This document shows positions 46,642 through 55,391 of a stretch of 64,000 nt of DNA, one piece after another. The DNA lies in the IMG/VR virus record IMGVR_UViG_3300045051_000987, positions 49,553 to 113,552 of that record; one strand, 5' to 3'. The position numbers and the translations under genes are program-made. Within the stretch, counting starts at the first letter, position 1. Each line of letters begins with the position of its first letter. The stretch is from a virus. The notes under the pieces are model-generated. The model searched no databases and was not told where the DNA came from. It saw only the letters and a program-made list of their open reading frames with translations.

Positions 46642-46790
46642 GTGCCCATCATGCCGCTCTCGTACCTCTCGAGGTGTACCCACGGATCGATCACGGTCCT
46701 CACGCCGCCAGGCGTGTTGGTGCGGAGCGCGGAAGCGCGGAGCACCGGGGATCGTCCCCTCCCCCCTACGTACCCCTCTCCTTCGTCTCT

Positions 46791-46866
46791 CTGATCAGGA
46801 TCAGATCTAGATCCTGATCTGATCCTGATCTGATCCTGATCTCGGTCGGATCAGTCTCGGATCCGA
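46791..46866. repeat. GATC-rich tandem repeat (putative origin iterons)
   Basis: 11 GATC in 71 bp, including (GATCCTGATCT)x3 at 46810-46842, in non-coding DNA between late and replication genes. Confidence 0.85.
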
Positions 46867-47066
46867 AAGCAGCGCGCGCGTGTACGCACACGCCCACGTG
46901 CGCCCGCGCGTTAGCGGCGTCCCTGGCGTCTGTCTACAGCGATCTTCGACCCGTGTGACGGACGCAGTGACGCCCGACCCACATCGTTCCTCCGAGCAGG
47001 GGGACGGCGAACGACCGGGCCGGGCGTCGAGGTGATGGTAGCCGCCGCTCGATGGCGGCGCGAGGT

Positions 47067-47273
47067 TCATCGCTCGGTGCGACCGAGGCCCCGACGGCGC
47101 TTCGCGGCACGCCTCTCCCGCCGCGCGCGAGCTCGAGCGGCTCGTCGGTCGTCTTCCTCCGCGCGGGCCTTCTCGAGCTGCGGGGGAGGCCCCGGCATGT
47201 CGAGCGCGCCGAGCGCGAGGAGAGCCCACATCGGGCAGAGGCGAAGCACGCTCATCCCCGAACGGGTCTTCAT
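47067..47273 (-). CDS. Small hypothetical protein
   Basis: 68 aa; ATGA overlap. Confidence 0.45.
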   Translation of the reverse strand: MKTRSGMSVLRLCPMWALLALGALDMPGPPPQLEKARAEEDDRRAARARARRERRAAKRRRGLGRTER

Positions 47274-47692
47274 CGGTGTCGATCACAGCGTCGGATGACG
47301 ATGAGGGCCTCGATCGTGCGGGCCGCGCGCGCGACGGCGCACACGTCGCTCACTGAGCAGCTCCCGCACGCGCTCTCCTCGCGCACGATGGCCTTCCTCT
47401 CGCCGAGGCTCTCGACGTCGGACCAGTCCGGGGCGACCTGCTCGCCGGCACCTTCGCGGAGCGCCGTCGCGAGCGCGTCCTTCCGACCTTCCTCGAAGGC
47501 TGCGCCGAGGAGCTCGCGCGCGCCCTCGTCGTCGAGCAGTACTTCCTCGGCCGCCGCGAGCGCTGCTTCACGCATCTCCTCGGGCGTCTGCTCGGCGACG
47601 CGCTTGGCGACTCGGTGCACGACCACCGCGAGATGCGCGAGCACCTCGTCTTCGCTCGGGGCCGCCTGCTCTTCCTTCGTCTCTTCGCTCAT
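47270..47692 (-). CDS. Hypothetical protein with C-terminal Cys cluster
   Basis: CGSCSVSDVC...C; ATG 6 nt after TACGCT. Confidence 0.65.
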   Translation of the reverse strand: MSEETKEEQAAPSEDEVLAHLAVVVHRVAKRVAEQTPEEMREAALAAAEEVLLDDEGARELLGAAFEEGRKDALATALREGAGEQVAPDWSDVESLGERKAIVREESACGSCSVSDVCAVARAARTIEALIVIRRCDRHR

Positions 47693-47725
47693 GCGGCGAG
47701 CGTAGCCCGACCGACTACGTGCGCG

Positions 47726-48295
47726 TCACCCGCCGACCGCCGCCACGACGGCGAGGGTGAGAGCTCCCGTCACGATCACGCCCACCGCGAACCAGAGTGC
47801 AGGGTGCTCCCACCACGACGGGCCCTCACGCGCGCGGCTCTCCGCGACCACGGCGAGCAGCTCGTCGCGCCGCTCGCGCCACAACCCGGAGATCGTCTCG
47901 GTGCGCTCGTCGCACCGGCGCGAGGCCTCGAGAAGGAGAGCCGCGCGGCCCGCGATCGCCTCGTCGTAGAGCGTGCGCGCGTTGCGGAGGTCGAGATCGA
48001 GGATCGCGATCCTCGACTGCAACGCGAAGAGATCCTCGTCACGCACTAGCATGCCCGCCCACGGCGCGCGGTCCCCGCGCTCGAGCGCGACCGTCTCTCC
48101 GACCTCGGGGAGTGTCGCGGCACCGTTGACGTCCTGAGCGCGCCCCTCGCACGTGCTGAGGAGAATCACGAAGGTGAGGAGGCCGAGGAAGAGCATCCCC
48201 GCGGAGCTCGCCGCGCGCTCGTCTTCCTTCCGCATCCGGCGCCGTCGCTCTTCTCGAACCTGCGCGATCCGCTCGTCGTGGCTCTCGACTCCCAT
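47726..48295 (-). CDS. Membrane protein with coiled coil (spanin-like, putative)
   Basis: N- and C-terminal hydrophobic helices; located in the lysis cassette. Confidence 0.6.
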   Translation of the reverse strand: MGVESHDERIAQVREERRRRMRKEDERAASSAGMLFLGLLTFVILLSTCEGRAQDVNGAATLPEVGETVALERGDRAPWAGMLVRDEDLFALQSRIAILDLDLRNARTLYDEAIAGRAALLLEASRRCDERTETISGLWRERRDELLAVVAESRAREGPSWWEHPALWFAVGVIVTGALTLAVVAAVGG

Positions 48296-48666
48296 CACCG
48301 ACCCCCATCCACGAGCAGCGCCGCTCGCGTTCGATCCTTGAACCACGTCGCGAGAGCCGAACGCCCGCGAGCGCGCGTCGCCTCGAACTCGAGCCGGTCG
48401 GCCTCGGTGAAGGCCTCGACCTCTTCGGCGTGCTCGCGCTCAATCGCGGCGAGGCGCTCATCCTCGACGTGCACGGCCGCGTCCATCGCCTGCTCGTACG
48501 CCTCGCGCGCGGGCCCGCCGTCGACGTCGACCGCTGCGGGAAGCTCCACCGGGTCGGGCGCGGTGCATCGACCGAGGCCGAACGCGAGCACGACCACGAG
48601 GAGGAAGGCCGCCACGATCCCGAGGCCGACCTTCCACAGCTCGAGCTTGGCCCCCTCGACCGTCAT
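48295..48666 (-). CDS. Membrane-anchored coiled-coil protein (i-spanin-like, putative)
   Basis: N-terminal TM VGLGIVAAFLLVVVLAFGLG, then charged helix. Confidence 0.6.
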   Translation of the reverse strand: MTVEGAKLELWKVGLGIVAAFLLVVVLAFGLGRCTAPDPVELPAAVDVDGGPAREAYEQAMDAAVHVEDERLAAIEREHAEEVEAFTEADRLEFEATRARGRSALATWFKDRTRAALLVDGGR

Positions 48667-48803
48667 GGCGAGACGTGTTCCTCGCGCGGCGCGCGCTTCT
48701 GCCGGCGACGCTCCTCCGCCTCACGAGCTCGACGCTCGGAGCGATTCTCGCGGCTCGGGGTGGGCTGTTCGTAGGGCGCGGGCTGGTAGTTGTCGGGGCT
48801 CAT
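48663..48803 (-). CDS. Small hypothetical protein
   Basis: MSPDNYQPAPYEQ...; ATGA overlaps on both sides. Confidence 0.45.
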   Translation of the reverse strand: MSPDNYQPAPYEQPTPSRENRSERRAREAEERRRQKRAPREEHVSP

Positions 48804-49384
48804 CGGTTCTCGTTGCTCGAGGCGTCGCCGTCGCCGACGTCGAGCGGTGTGGGGGGCGTGATCGTCGGCGGAGGGCCGAACGAAGGGGGAGGAGGGGGCG
48901 GAGGCGAGCGGCCGATCAGCGCGAGGAGGCGCGCACGGCCTTCGGTGAACGCGAACTTGATCGCCTCGTACACCTGACCGCTGAGCGCGCCCGCGAGCAT
49001 GAACCATGCGCACCGCGCCGCGAGGAACGCGTACGGGCCCGCCTCCGGATCCTTCGCGATCTCGTCGATCACGTGGAGCGTCGGGAGCGGGAGCAGGCCG
49101 AAGAGCGCGCCGCCGATCAGGGGGTGGAGCCTGAGCGTGATGTCGTACCAGCTCGCGTCGGACGGAAGCGGGATGTCACCCGAGCTCGGCTCGATCATCT
49201 CGGGCGCGTCGCGATAGGTCGCCTTCGACGCCGCGATCATCTTCGCGACGTCGCGGCGCCTGTACTTCCGCCATCCGAAGCGATCGGCGATGCGCTTGCT
49301 CGTCGATCCGAGCGCGTAGACCGCGAGCGCGACGGCGACGAATGACCAGAGCTGTGCGACGACCGTGGGGACCCACTCGGGCAT
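48800..49384 (-). CDS. Holin-like membrane protein
   Basis: About three hydrophobic segments and a Pro-rich tail; next to the putative endolysin. Confidence 0.6.
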   Translation of the reverse strand: MPEWVPTVVAQLWSFVAVALAVYALGSTSKRIADRFGWRKYRRRDVAKMIAASKATYRDAPEMIEPSSGDIPLPSDASWYDITLRLHPLIGGALFGLLPLPTLHVIDEIAKDPEAGPYAFLAARCAWFMLAGALSGQVYEAIKFAFTEGRARLLALIGRSPPPPPPPSFGPPPTITPPTPLDVGDGDASSNENR

Positions 49385-49444
49385 GACCTACCTCGGGGGC
49401 GAGGATGCAGCCCCCTCGGAGGGTCGCGCAAGGAAGGGCCCGGC

Positions 49445-50299
49445 TCAGGCCGCGAGGCGTCGAGCGAGCTCGGCGAACCACATGCGCTGGGGGGTCTGCG
49501 CCTGGCCTCCGATGACCCACTTCGAGCTCCACCACCGGATCTCCTTCGGCTGGTAGGGGAGGCACGCGTCGTAGGCCGTCTGCATCGCTTCGGCGATCGA
49601 GCGGTTCGGCCATCGCTGATCGTAGGCCGCGAGCCCGCACGAGAGCGTGGGCTTGCCGTTCTTCTTCGGGACCGACGCCGCGCGGTCGAAGGTGAGGCGC
49701 TGCATCGAACCGGGCCCGAACTGATGGTTCCACGGAACCTCGAAGGCGACGCCTTGGCCGTCCGTGCGGTTCCGGACGCTGTAGCCCTGGTTCACCGTCC
49801 GATCGCAGTCGTCGGCGAGCTTGGCGCGCGGGCTGTTCTCCTCGTGCATCGTGAACGTGGTGATCTCGGTGCGGACGTCGAACATCGTCTTGAAGCCTGA
49901 GACGACGGCGACGAGCGCGCCCGATGCATCGTCGAGGTTCTTGAAGCCGACGACCTTCTTCCGCGTGAAGTTGCTCTCGGCATCGAACTCGAGCGCGGCC
50001 GCGCCGCTCGCTTCGAGGAAGGTCGGGAGCTTCTTCGCGAGCTCCTCGATGTACTGGAGGCGCGGCTCCGGCCACACGGTCACCACGAGCTCGAGATCGG
50101 CCTTGCGGAACGTCTCGCCGAGGCGCGCGAGATCGCGGGGCGTCCACTTCGGATCGAAGCCGGGCGTCACCGTCTCGAGCATCACGGCGCCGACGCGGAA
50201 GCCGTGCCGGCGGAAGTCGTCGAGATACTCGGGCGTCATGACGCGACGGGGCGCGTCGTCGATCCACAGACCGTGCAGGGGGGCATCCATCGTCGTCAC
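49445..50299 (-). CDS. TIM-barrel glycoside hydrolase, putative endolysin
   Basis: Alternating beta/alpha pattern with LEFDAE (DxE) motif; flanked by membrane proteins after the tail genes. Confidence 0.55.
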   Translation of the reverse strand: MTTMDAPLHGLWIDDAPRRVMTPEYLDDFRRHGFRVGAVMLETVTPGFDPKWTPRDLARLGETFRKADLELVVTVWPEPRLQYIEELAKKLPTFLEASGAAALEFDAESNFTRKKVVGFKNLDDASGALVAVVSGFKTMFDVRTEITTFTMHEENSPRAKLADDCDRTVNQGYSVRNRTDGQGVAFEVPWNHQFGPGSMQRLTFDRAASVPKKNGKPTLSCGLAAYDQRWPNRSIAEAMQTAYDACLPYQPKEIRWWSSKWVIGGQAQTPQRMWFAELARRLAA

Positions 50300-50889
50300 T
50301 CCTTCGTGATCTCTACCGCGCGGCGTGCGTGGCTCGCGCCCGTGTTCATGTCGAGCTCGCCCGATGGTGGCCCATCCCGGGCAACACGTGCGAGCCGCGC
50401 GCGGAGCTCGCGGTTCTTCTTCTCCATATCGTCGACGTGGGCGGCGAGCTGCGCGTGGTCGGCCTTGAGCATCTCGTGCTCGAAGGCGAGCGCCTTGGCC
50501 GCGCGATCGAGGCCCGCGTACTTCTCACCGAGGTCGCGGTTCGCCGCCTCGCAGACGTCGTTGGCTCGCTCGAGCTCATCGACGCGCTCGCGGTTCGCGT
50601 CCTGGCGCTTCTCGAGGAGCTCGATGCGGTCGAGCAGCGTGCGTTGGAAGCGCGCGGTGTCGTTCTGCTTCGCCGTCTCGGCCTCGACGGCGACCTTCTT
50701 GAGGTCGACCTCGGCGGTGATCTTCACCTTCTCGACGTCGGTCCCCGCCGCGAGCATGTCCTTCTCGTTCGCGAGCTTTCGGAGGTCACGCTCCTGGCGC
50801 CACCGGATGATCTGCGAGCCGATGCCTCCGGCCGAGAGGACGGAAGCGACGATCGCGAGGATCGTGAACCACAGCGGGGAGCCGTCCAT
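50296..50889 (-). CDS. TM + coiled-coil protein (lysis cassette)
   Basis: WFTILAIVASVLSAGGIG followed by a long heptad region. Confidence 0.7.
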   Translation of the reverse strand: MDGSPLWFTILAIVASVLSAGGIGSQIIRWRQERDLRKLANEKDMLAAGTDVEKVKITAEVDLKKVAVEAETAKQNDTARFQRTLLDRIELLEKRQDANRERVDELERANDVCEAANRDLGEKYAGLDRAAKALAFEHEMLKADHAQLAAHVDDMEKKNRELRARLARVARDGPPSGELDMNTGASHARRAVEITKE

Positions 50890-50948
50890 CGCGGCCGATG
50901 GTAGCCGCGCGATGATCCAGCGTCACGATGTTCACCCTCGGAGGTCCC

Positions 50949-51209
50949 ATGCGTTCCGCTCTCGTCTTCCTCGCGCTCTCCCTCTCGGCCTGCACGCTCG
51001 CACACGAGCGCACGAACGAAGGCCACCACGGTGGGCCGTGCGCGTGCGTCTCGTGCCACGAGGAGGGCCCCACGCCGACGCTCCGCGCGCGTGCGGACGT
51101 GCCGAGCGAGTGCCGTGAGCTCCGCGTGTGGGCGGAGGCCCTGACCTCGAGCGACGCGGGGGCCGGTGACGTGTTCACCCGGGTGAACACGCCCGATGCT
51201 GGCCGCTGA
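50949..51209 (+). CDS. Small lipoprotein on the opposite strand
   Basis: SD GGAGGT; MRSALVFLALSLSAC lipobox; fills the gap between two minus-strand genes. Confidence 0.65.
   Translation: MRSALVFLALSLSACTLAHERTNEGHHGGPCACVSCHEEGPTPTLRARADVPSECRELRVWAEALTSSDAGAGDVFTRVNTPDAGR
51170..51191. promoter_or_regulatory. Dispersed palindrome copy 9
   Basis: 22 bp at the convergent ends of the lipoprotein and tail fibre genes. Confidence 0.85.
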
Positions 51210-52616
51210 TCAGTGGGTCCGGACGTCGGAGATCACGACGCTCACAGCGACCGCCCACACCAGATCGTTGTTCGTGTCGGCGTCGACGCCGCCCTTGATT
51301 GCGAGCCAGTACTCGCGCGCGGTGTTCGTCGCGCCGGTCGTCACGACCGTGTGACCGCCACCGAGGCCCGAGCTCAGATCGATCACCTGCTCGTTCGCCG
51401 TCGTGTCGTCGAAGGCCGACGCGATCGACACAGGATCCGGGTCGCCGTTCGGCGTCGCGAAGTCGGGCACCTTGTAGAGAAGGGCGAGCTGCATGCGGTC
51501 GCCGCCCGTGCGCGCCGCGCCCGGCGTGCAGATCATGCGGACGTTCGAGATGATCTCGTTGTGCTTGAGGAACTCGTTCAGCGAGCGCTGTAGGCGTCCC
51601 GAGTCGGCGTCGATGCGGATGCCCGTCGACTGGATGCCCGGAAGACCGCCCTGAAACTGGATCTTGTCCTCGGCGACCGTGCTCGCGTAGCGCGTCCATC
51701 CCTGCATCGGGATCAGGAACGTCCGGAGGCGCGCCGGGCTGAATCCGTACTCGCCCGTGTTCACGGTGACCGCGTCCGCGTTGATGTCGTCGACGTCGAT
51801 GATGTCGAAGCCATCCATGTCGATGTTCCCGAGCATCACGCCGCCCGCGCGCGCGAGCTTCTCGGTGTCGAGCTCGGCGATCGCGGTCTGCACGTTCGTC
51901 GCTGCGACGTTGCCCGTCGGAGAGAACGAGACGGCCGATCCGGCGTGCGCGGGGCTCGCCGCGACGTGGGCCGAGAGGCTCCCACCCGTGCCGGCGAGCG
52001 CCGTCGCGAGTGCCTGGATCGCTTCCTCCGCAGTGCCCACGCCGATCACGGTGCCGGTCGTCTTGTAGGCCCACTGCCGGCGCGTCGTGCTGATGTTGCC
52101 GTTGACGATGCTCGAGGCGCCGTAGGCGAGCGTGATGTCGGCGAGGAGGATCTGATCGCCGCGCAGCGCGGGCGCGACGGGCGAGGCGCTCTCGGTGCCC
52201 GCCGCGACGTTGAAGGTGAAGCTCTCGGCGCGCACGAAGTACACGGTCGCGGCGTTGCCGTCGACGCGCGGATCGCTGAGCACGCGATTGAACTCCGCGA
52301 AGATCGAGAGGATGCGACTGTTCGTGCCACCGACGACCGCGGTGTTGAGCCCGTCCTCGTCGACGGCACAGTTGACCGTCTGCGTGCTCGGGATCGCGAT
52401 GCGCTGTCCCGTCTGATCGTAGACGACGCCCGGCCCCGAGACCTGCACGGTGAGGTTCGGCGAGACCTGCTGGGTGACCGCCATCCCCGCCGTGACACCG
52501 ACGTGTCCGAAGTCAGAGGCGAGCGCTCGATCGGCGTTCTCGAGCTCCGCGAAGGCCGCGTCGAGCTCGGCCTCGGTGACCTTCTGCCTGAAAAAGAAGT
52601 CGCGTCGGTTCGCCAT
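51210..52616 (-). CDS. Tail fibre / baseplate-attached protein
   Basis: MANRRDFFFRQKVTEAELD N-terminus; ATNVQTAIAEL fibre-type segment; follows the P2-gpI-like gene. Confidence 0.75.
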   Translation of the reverse strand: MANRRDFFFRQKVTEAELDAAFAELENADRALASDFGHVGVTAGMAVTQQVSPNLTVQVSGPGVVYDQTGQRIAIPSTQTVNCAVDEDGLNTAVVGGTNSRILSIFAEFNRVLSDPRVDGNAATVYFVRAESFTFNVAAGTESASPVAPALRGDQILLADITLAYGASSIVNGNISTTRRQWAYKTTGTVIGVGTAEEAIQALATALAGTGGSLSAHVAASPAHAGSAVSFSPTGNVAATNVQTAIAELDTEKLARAGGVMLGNIDMDGFDIIDVDDINADAVTVNTGEYGFSPARLRTFLIPMQGWTRYASTVAEDKIQFQGGLPGIQSTGIRIDADSGRLQRSLNEFLKHNEIISNVRMICTPGAARTGGDRMQLALLYKVPDFATPNGDPDPVSIASAFDDTTANEQVIDLSSGLGGGHTVVTTGATNTAREYWLAIKGGVDADTNNDLVWAVAVSVVISDVRTH

Positions 52617-52673
52617 TGGGGTCGTTCCTCTCCGGGGCGAGCCTGCACGATCGACGTGCAGCCCGCGAGGGTC

Positions 52674-52871
52674 TCAGGTCATCGTGACGGGTGACGGCAT
52701 CGAAGCGAGCGCCGTCGCGGCCGCGTGCTGCGTGGGGAAGCGCATGCTCTCGCCATCGGCGCCGATCACGGGGAGCTTCCGGGGCCCCGCGACCTTGTAG
52801 ATCGAGAAGTCGTCGGCGAAGAGCCGGCGCTCGATCACGAAGCGCGCGCGCGTCTTCAATGGAGCATCCAC
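52674..52871 (-). CDS. Small hypothetical protein
   Basis: 65 aa filling an intergenic gap. Confidence 0.4.
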   Translation of the reverse strand: MDAPLKTRARFVIERRLFADDFSIYKVAGPRKLPVIGADGESMRFPTQHAAATALASMPSPVTMT

Positions 52872-54598
52872 TCGTCGCCACCGAGCTCCGAGAGGCCGAG
52901 CTCGAGGTGGTCGATCACGGTCGGCGGGGTCGGCTCGATGATGCGCACGAGGTGCGTGTGCGCGGGCTTCATGTACTCGACGATCTGCCGGATCTGCGTG
53001 CGCTGATCGTCGGTGAGGATGACGGGCGAGATCACGTCGAACGAGTAGCGCTCGCGCGAGGTGCCCGGCCCGAGGTCAGTGTCGATGCCGAGCTCGCTCA
53101 CGCCGAGGATCCACGCGTCCTCGATGAACGCCACGATGTCGATCTCGATGCCGAGGAAGAAGCGGACGACCGAGATGATCCCGGGCTTGGTCCCCTTGAG
53201 TCGGTACATGTCGACGAGCGTGCGCACGAGGCGCCGCTTGCTATCGAGGTCGAGCTCGAAGGTGAAGGGGTTCCCGAGCGAGATCAGCATGTGATCGACG
53301 TAGCGCTCGGGGGCGATGTCGACGTCGATGATGTCGGTCCATCGATCGATGTCGCAGAGGAGGAGATCGACGACCTCTTGAAGCACCGCGATCAGCTTGT
53401 AGAGGTCGCGCGTCGCGTCTCGGTTCCGCGACGTGTCCGAGAGCATCCGCCACAGCTCGAAGCGCCTGCCCGGCACCGGAGGGCACTCGTAGCCCCTGAA
53501 CTCCGCACGATCGAACGGCGCGAGGATGCCGTTACCAAATTCATCCTCCACGACGCCCGACGCGGTAACGGCGTAGAGCACCCCTCGTGTGATGGGGATG
53601 TCGAGCGTGATGTCGTACGTCGACGCGTCGATCTCGGTGACGGCCGTCGCGACGACGTGCACCGCGGGCGCCTCGAGCCGCTCGAAGGTCCACACGCTCG
53701 GATCGTCGGCGCCGACGACAGGCTCATCGAAGCGCACGCGCACGACGTCGTGGTAGCGCGAGACGGCGTCGAGGATGTGCGGGGCGGTGAGATCCTCGAT
53801 CGTGAACGACCAGCTCGTGTCGAGCGTGTGCGTCCCCGAGAGGTTCTCCGAGACGACGCGCACCGGCACCGTGCGGAGGCTCTCGAAGAGGTAGGGCACC
53901 ACGACGCGGAAGCGCCTGACGCCGTCAGCGGGCGTCGTGACGTTCACCGTGTAGCCGGGCTGAGCTCCTCCCGCGCCGCCGTCGTACGCGAGCACGCCGT
54001 CGACGTAGATGAGCGTGTCGCTCACGTCGGGGTCGGTCGCGGTGTCCATGAGGTCGAACTGGATCGCCTCGTCTCGAGGGACGCGCGTCGCGCCGGGCTC
54101 GGGGGATCGGTTCGCGACGATGAGCCCATCGGTCGCCGCGTCGAGCACGATCTCGTCGAGGTAGAACGCCGGGATCTCGAGGTCTTCGGCCTCGGGCGAG
54201 CCACCGGGCCCGACCACGCGCAAGCCGAAGCCGAGGTTCACCGAGCCGCCGAGGCCCTGGGTGCTGATCGCGAGGTCGACGAGATCGCGGGTCGCGCCGG
54301 GGAGGAGCTCGTAGGACCAGGCCTCGTCAGCGCCGACGACCGCGAAGGCCTCCCACTTCCATCCCGTCGGGGGAGCGACGATCGGGCCGCGCAGGCGCGC
54401 GCGCGCGCGGATGAACTTCGCCGACCCGTACGTGTCGACCTGCTCGATCCGAACCTCGTCGTCCGGGAGGAAGTAGCCCTCCCAGCCCGGATCGTCGGAG
54501 CCGAACACGAAGACGAACGACCCCTCGGGAGGCGTCCACCCCGCGGGCGCGACGCGGAGGGAGCGGGTACCCGGCCGGCGTTGAAGCGTCGTCGTCAT
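52856..54598 (-). CDS. Phage tail protein (C-terminal P2 gpI-like baseplate wedge domain, Ig-like repeats)
   Basis: DVDIAPERYVDHMLISLG...RRLV...YRLKGTKPGI...IVEYMKPAHT. Confidence 0.85.
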   Translation of the reverse strand: MTTTLQRRPGTRSLRVAPAGWTPPEGSFVFVFGSDDPGWEGYFLPDDEVRIEQVDTYGSAKFIRARARLRGPIVAPPTGWKWEAFAVVGADEAWSYELLPGATRDLVDLAISTQGLGGSVNLGFGLRVVGPGGSPEAEDLEIPAFYLDEIVLDAATDGLIVANRSPEPGATRVPRDEAIQFDLMDTATDPDVSDTLIYVDGVLAYDGGAGGAQPGYTVNVTTPADGVRRFRVVVPYLFESLRTVPVRVVSENLSGTHTLDTSWSFTIEDLTAPHILDAVSRYHDVVRVRFDEPVVGADDPSVWTFERLEAPAVHVVATAVTEIDASTYDITLDIPITRGVLYAVTASGVVEDEFGNGILAPFDRAEFRGYECPPVPGRRFELWRMLSDTSRNRDATRDLYKLIAVLQEVVDLLLCDIDRWTDIIDVDIAPERYVDHMLISLGNPFTFELDLDSKRRLVRTLVDMYRLKGTKPGIISVVRFFLGIEIDIVAFIEDAWILGVSELGIDTDLGPGTSRERYSFDVISPVILTDDQRTQIRQIVEYMKPAHTHLVRIIEPTPPTVIDHLELGLSELGGDEWMLH

Positions 54599-54601
54599 GG
54601 A

Positions 54602-55312
54602 TCAGGTCTGCCGACGGACCTCGAGATGATCGAAGAGCGCGCGCCGCGTGACGTCGCTCGAGCGGAAGCAGAAGCCAGCCCGGCCCGACGTGAAGGGAGC
54701 CGAGCCGCTGTTCACGCCGAGCGAGTCGTCGACGAACTCGGTCATGCCGGGGATCGCGGTCCACGTCGGCGCCGTGCCGAGCGCGTGCGCTGCGAGGTCG
54801 TTCTGAAAGACCTGGAGTCGGACGTCGCCGACGTCGTTGAAGATCATGTCGAGGCGGAGGTGCGTCCACGCGTCGGCGTCGATGTCCACCGAGCTCGTCG
54901 AGCGGCGGAGGATGCCGTTGCCCGCTGCCGGCGCGAGGTCGGGAAGGCCCGCGGAGAGCACGCCCTTGCGGAGCACGATGCGCGAGGGGTCCGCGTCGCT
55001 CAGGCCGAGCATGTAGCCCTCGTCATTGATCGAGGGACCTTGCAGGCCGATGAAGAGGAAGGCCGAGAAGCCCAAGGGCCCGCCGCTCGCCGCGCGCTTG
55101 ATCGCGCCCGTGATGCGCCCGCCCTTCGCCATCGGCGCGAAGTCTACGAGGTTCACGAACGAGCCGACGCCGCCGATCGACGTGTCGAGGCTGTGGAAGC
55201 CGTAGACGAACGAGCCGCCGCCGTTGGGGGGCGTGAAGCCCGCGGACACGCCGCGCTTGATGCTTCCGGATCCGAGGGAGTCGTTGAGCTCTGTCCAGTC
55301 TGCTTCGGCCAT
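54602..55312 (-). CDS. Virion structural protein (beta-sandwich, putative)
   Basis: MAEADWTELND...; SD GGAGG; structural module. Confidence 0.75.
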   Translation of the reverse strand: MAEADWTELNDSLGSGSIKRGVSAGFTPPNGGGSFVYGFHSLDTSIGGVGSFVNLVDFAPMAKGGRITGAIKRAASGGPLGFSAFLFIGLQGPSINDEGYMLGLSDADPSRIVLRKGVLSAGLPDLAPAAGNGILRRSTSSVDIDADAWTHLRLDMIFNDVGDVRLQVFQNDLAAHALGTAPTWTAIPGMTEFVDDSLGVNSGSAPFTSGRAGFCFRSSDVTRRALFDHLEVRRQT

Positions 55313-55323
55313 GTGCCTCCGGG

Positions 55324-55347
55324 GCGTGTTCACCCGGGTGAACACGC
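55324..55347. promoter_or_regulatory. Dispersed palindrome copy 10
   Basis: 24 bp between a TACCAT motif and SD GGAGG. Confidence 0.85.
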
Positions 55348-55391
55348 GGCCGATGGTAGCTGGGTCCCCGCGCGCGCGCAGCGCATCGCGA

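Larger units (their letters stand above)
1565..46657 (-). promoter_or_regulatory. Class II promoter motif GCGGCATGATG, dispersed (span of all copies)
   Basis: Exact copies (+ strand CATCATGCCGC) start at 1565, 3441, 6308, 7416, 9766, 12792, 13610, 14486, 15591, 22928, 25487, 32165, 35937, 44311, 45775, 46647; 1-mismatch copies at 8648, 30345, 41440. Confidence 0.8.

Noticed and set aside
46700-47060. Replication-initiator gene containing the GATC iterons (SDQDQ-type peptide)
   Set aside because: The minus-strand frames checked are interrupted by stops within or next to the repeats and no HTH was seen; treated as non-coding.
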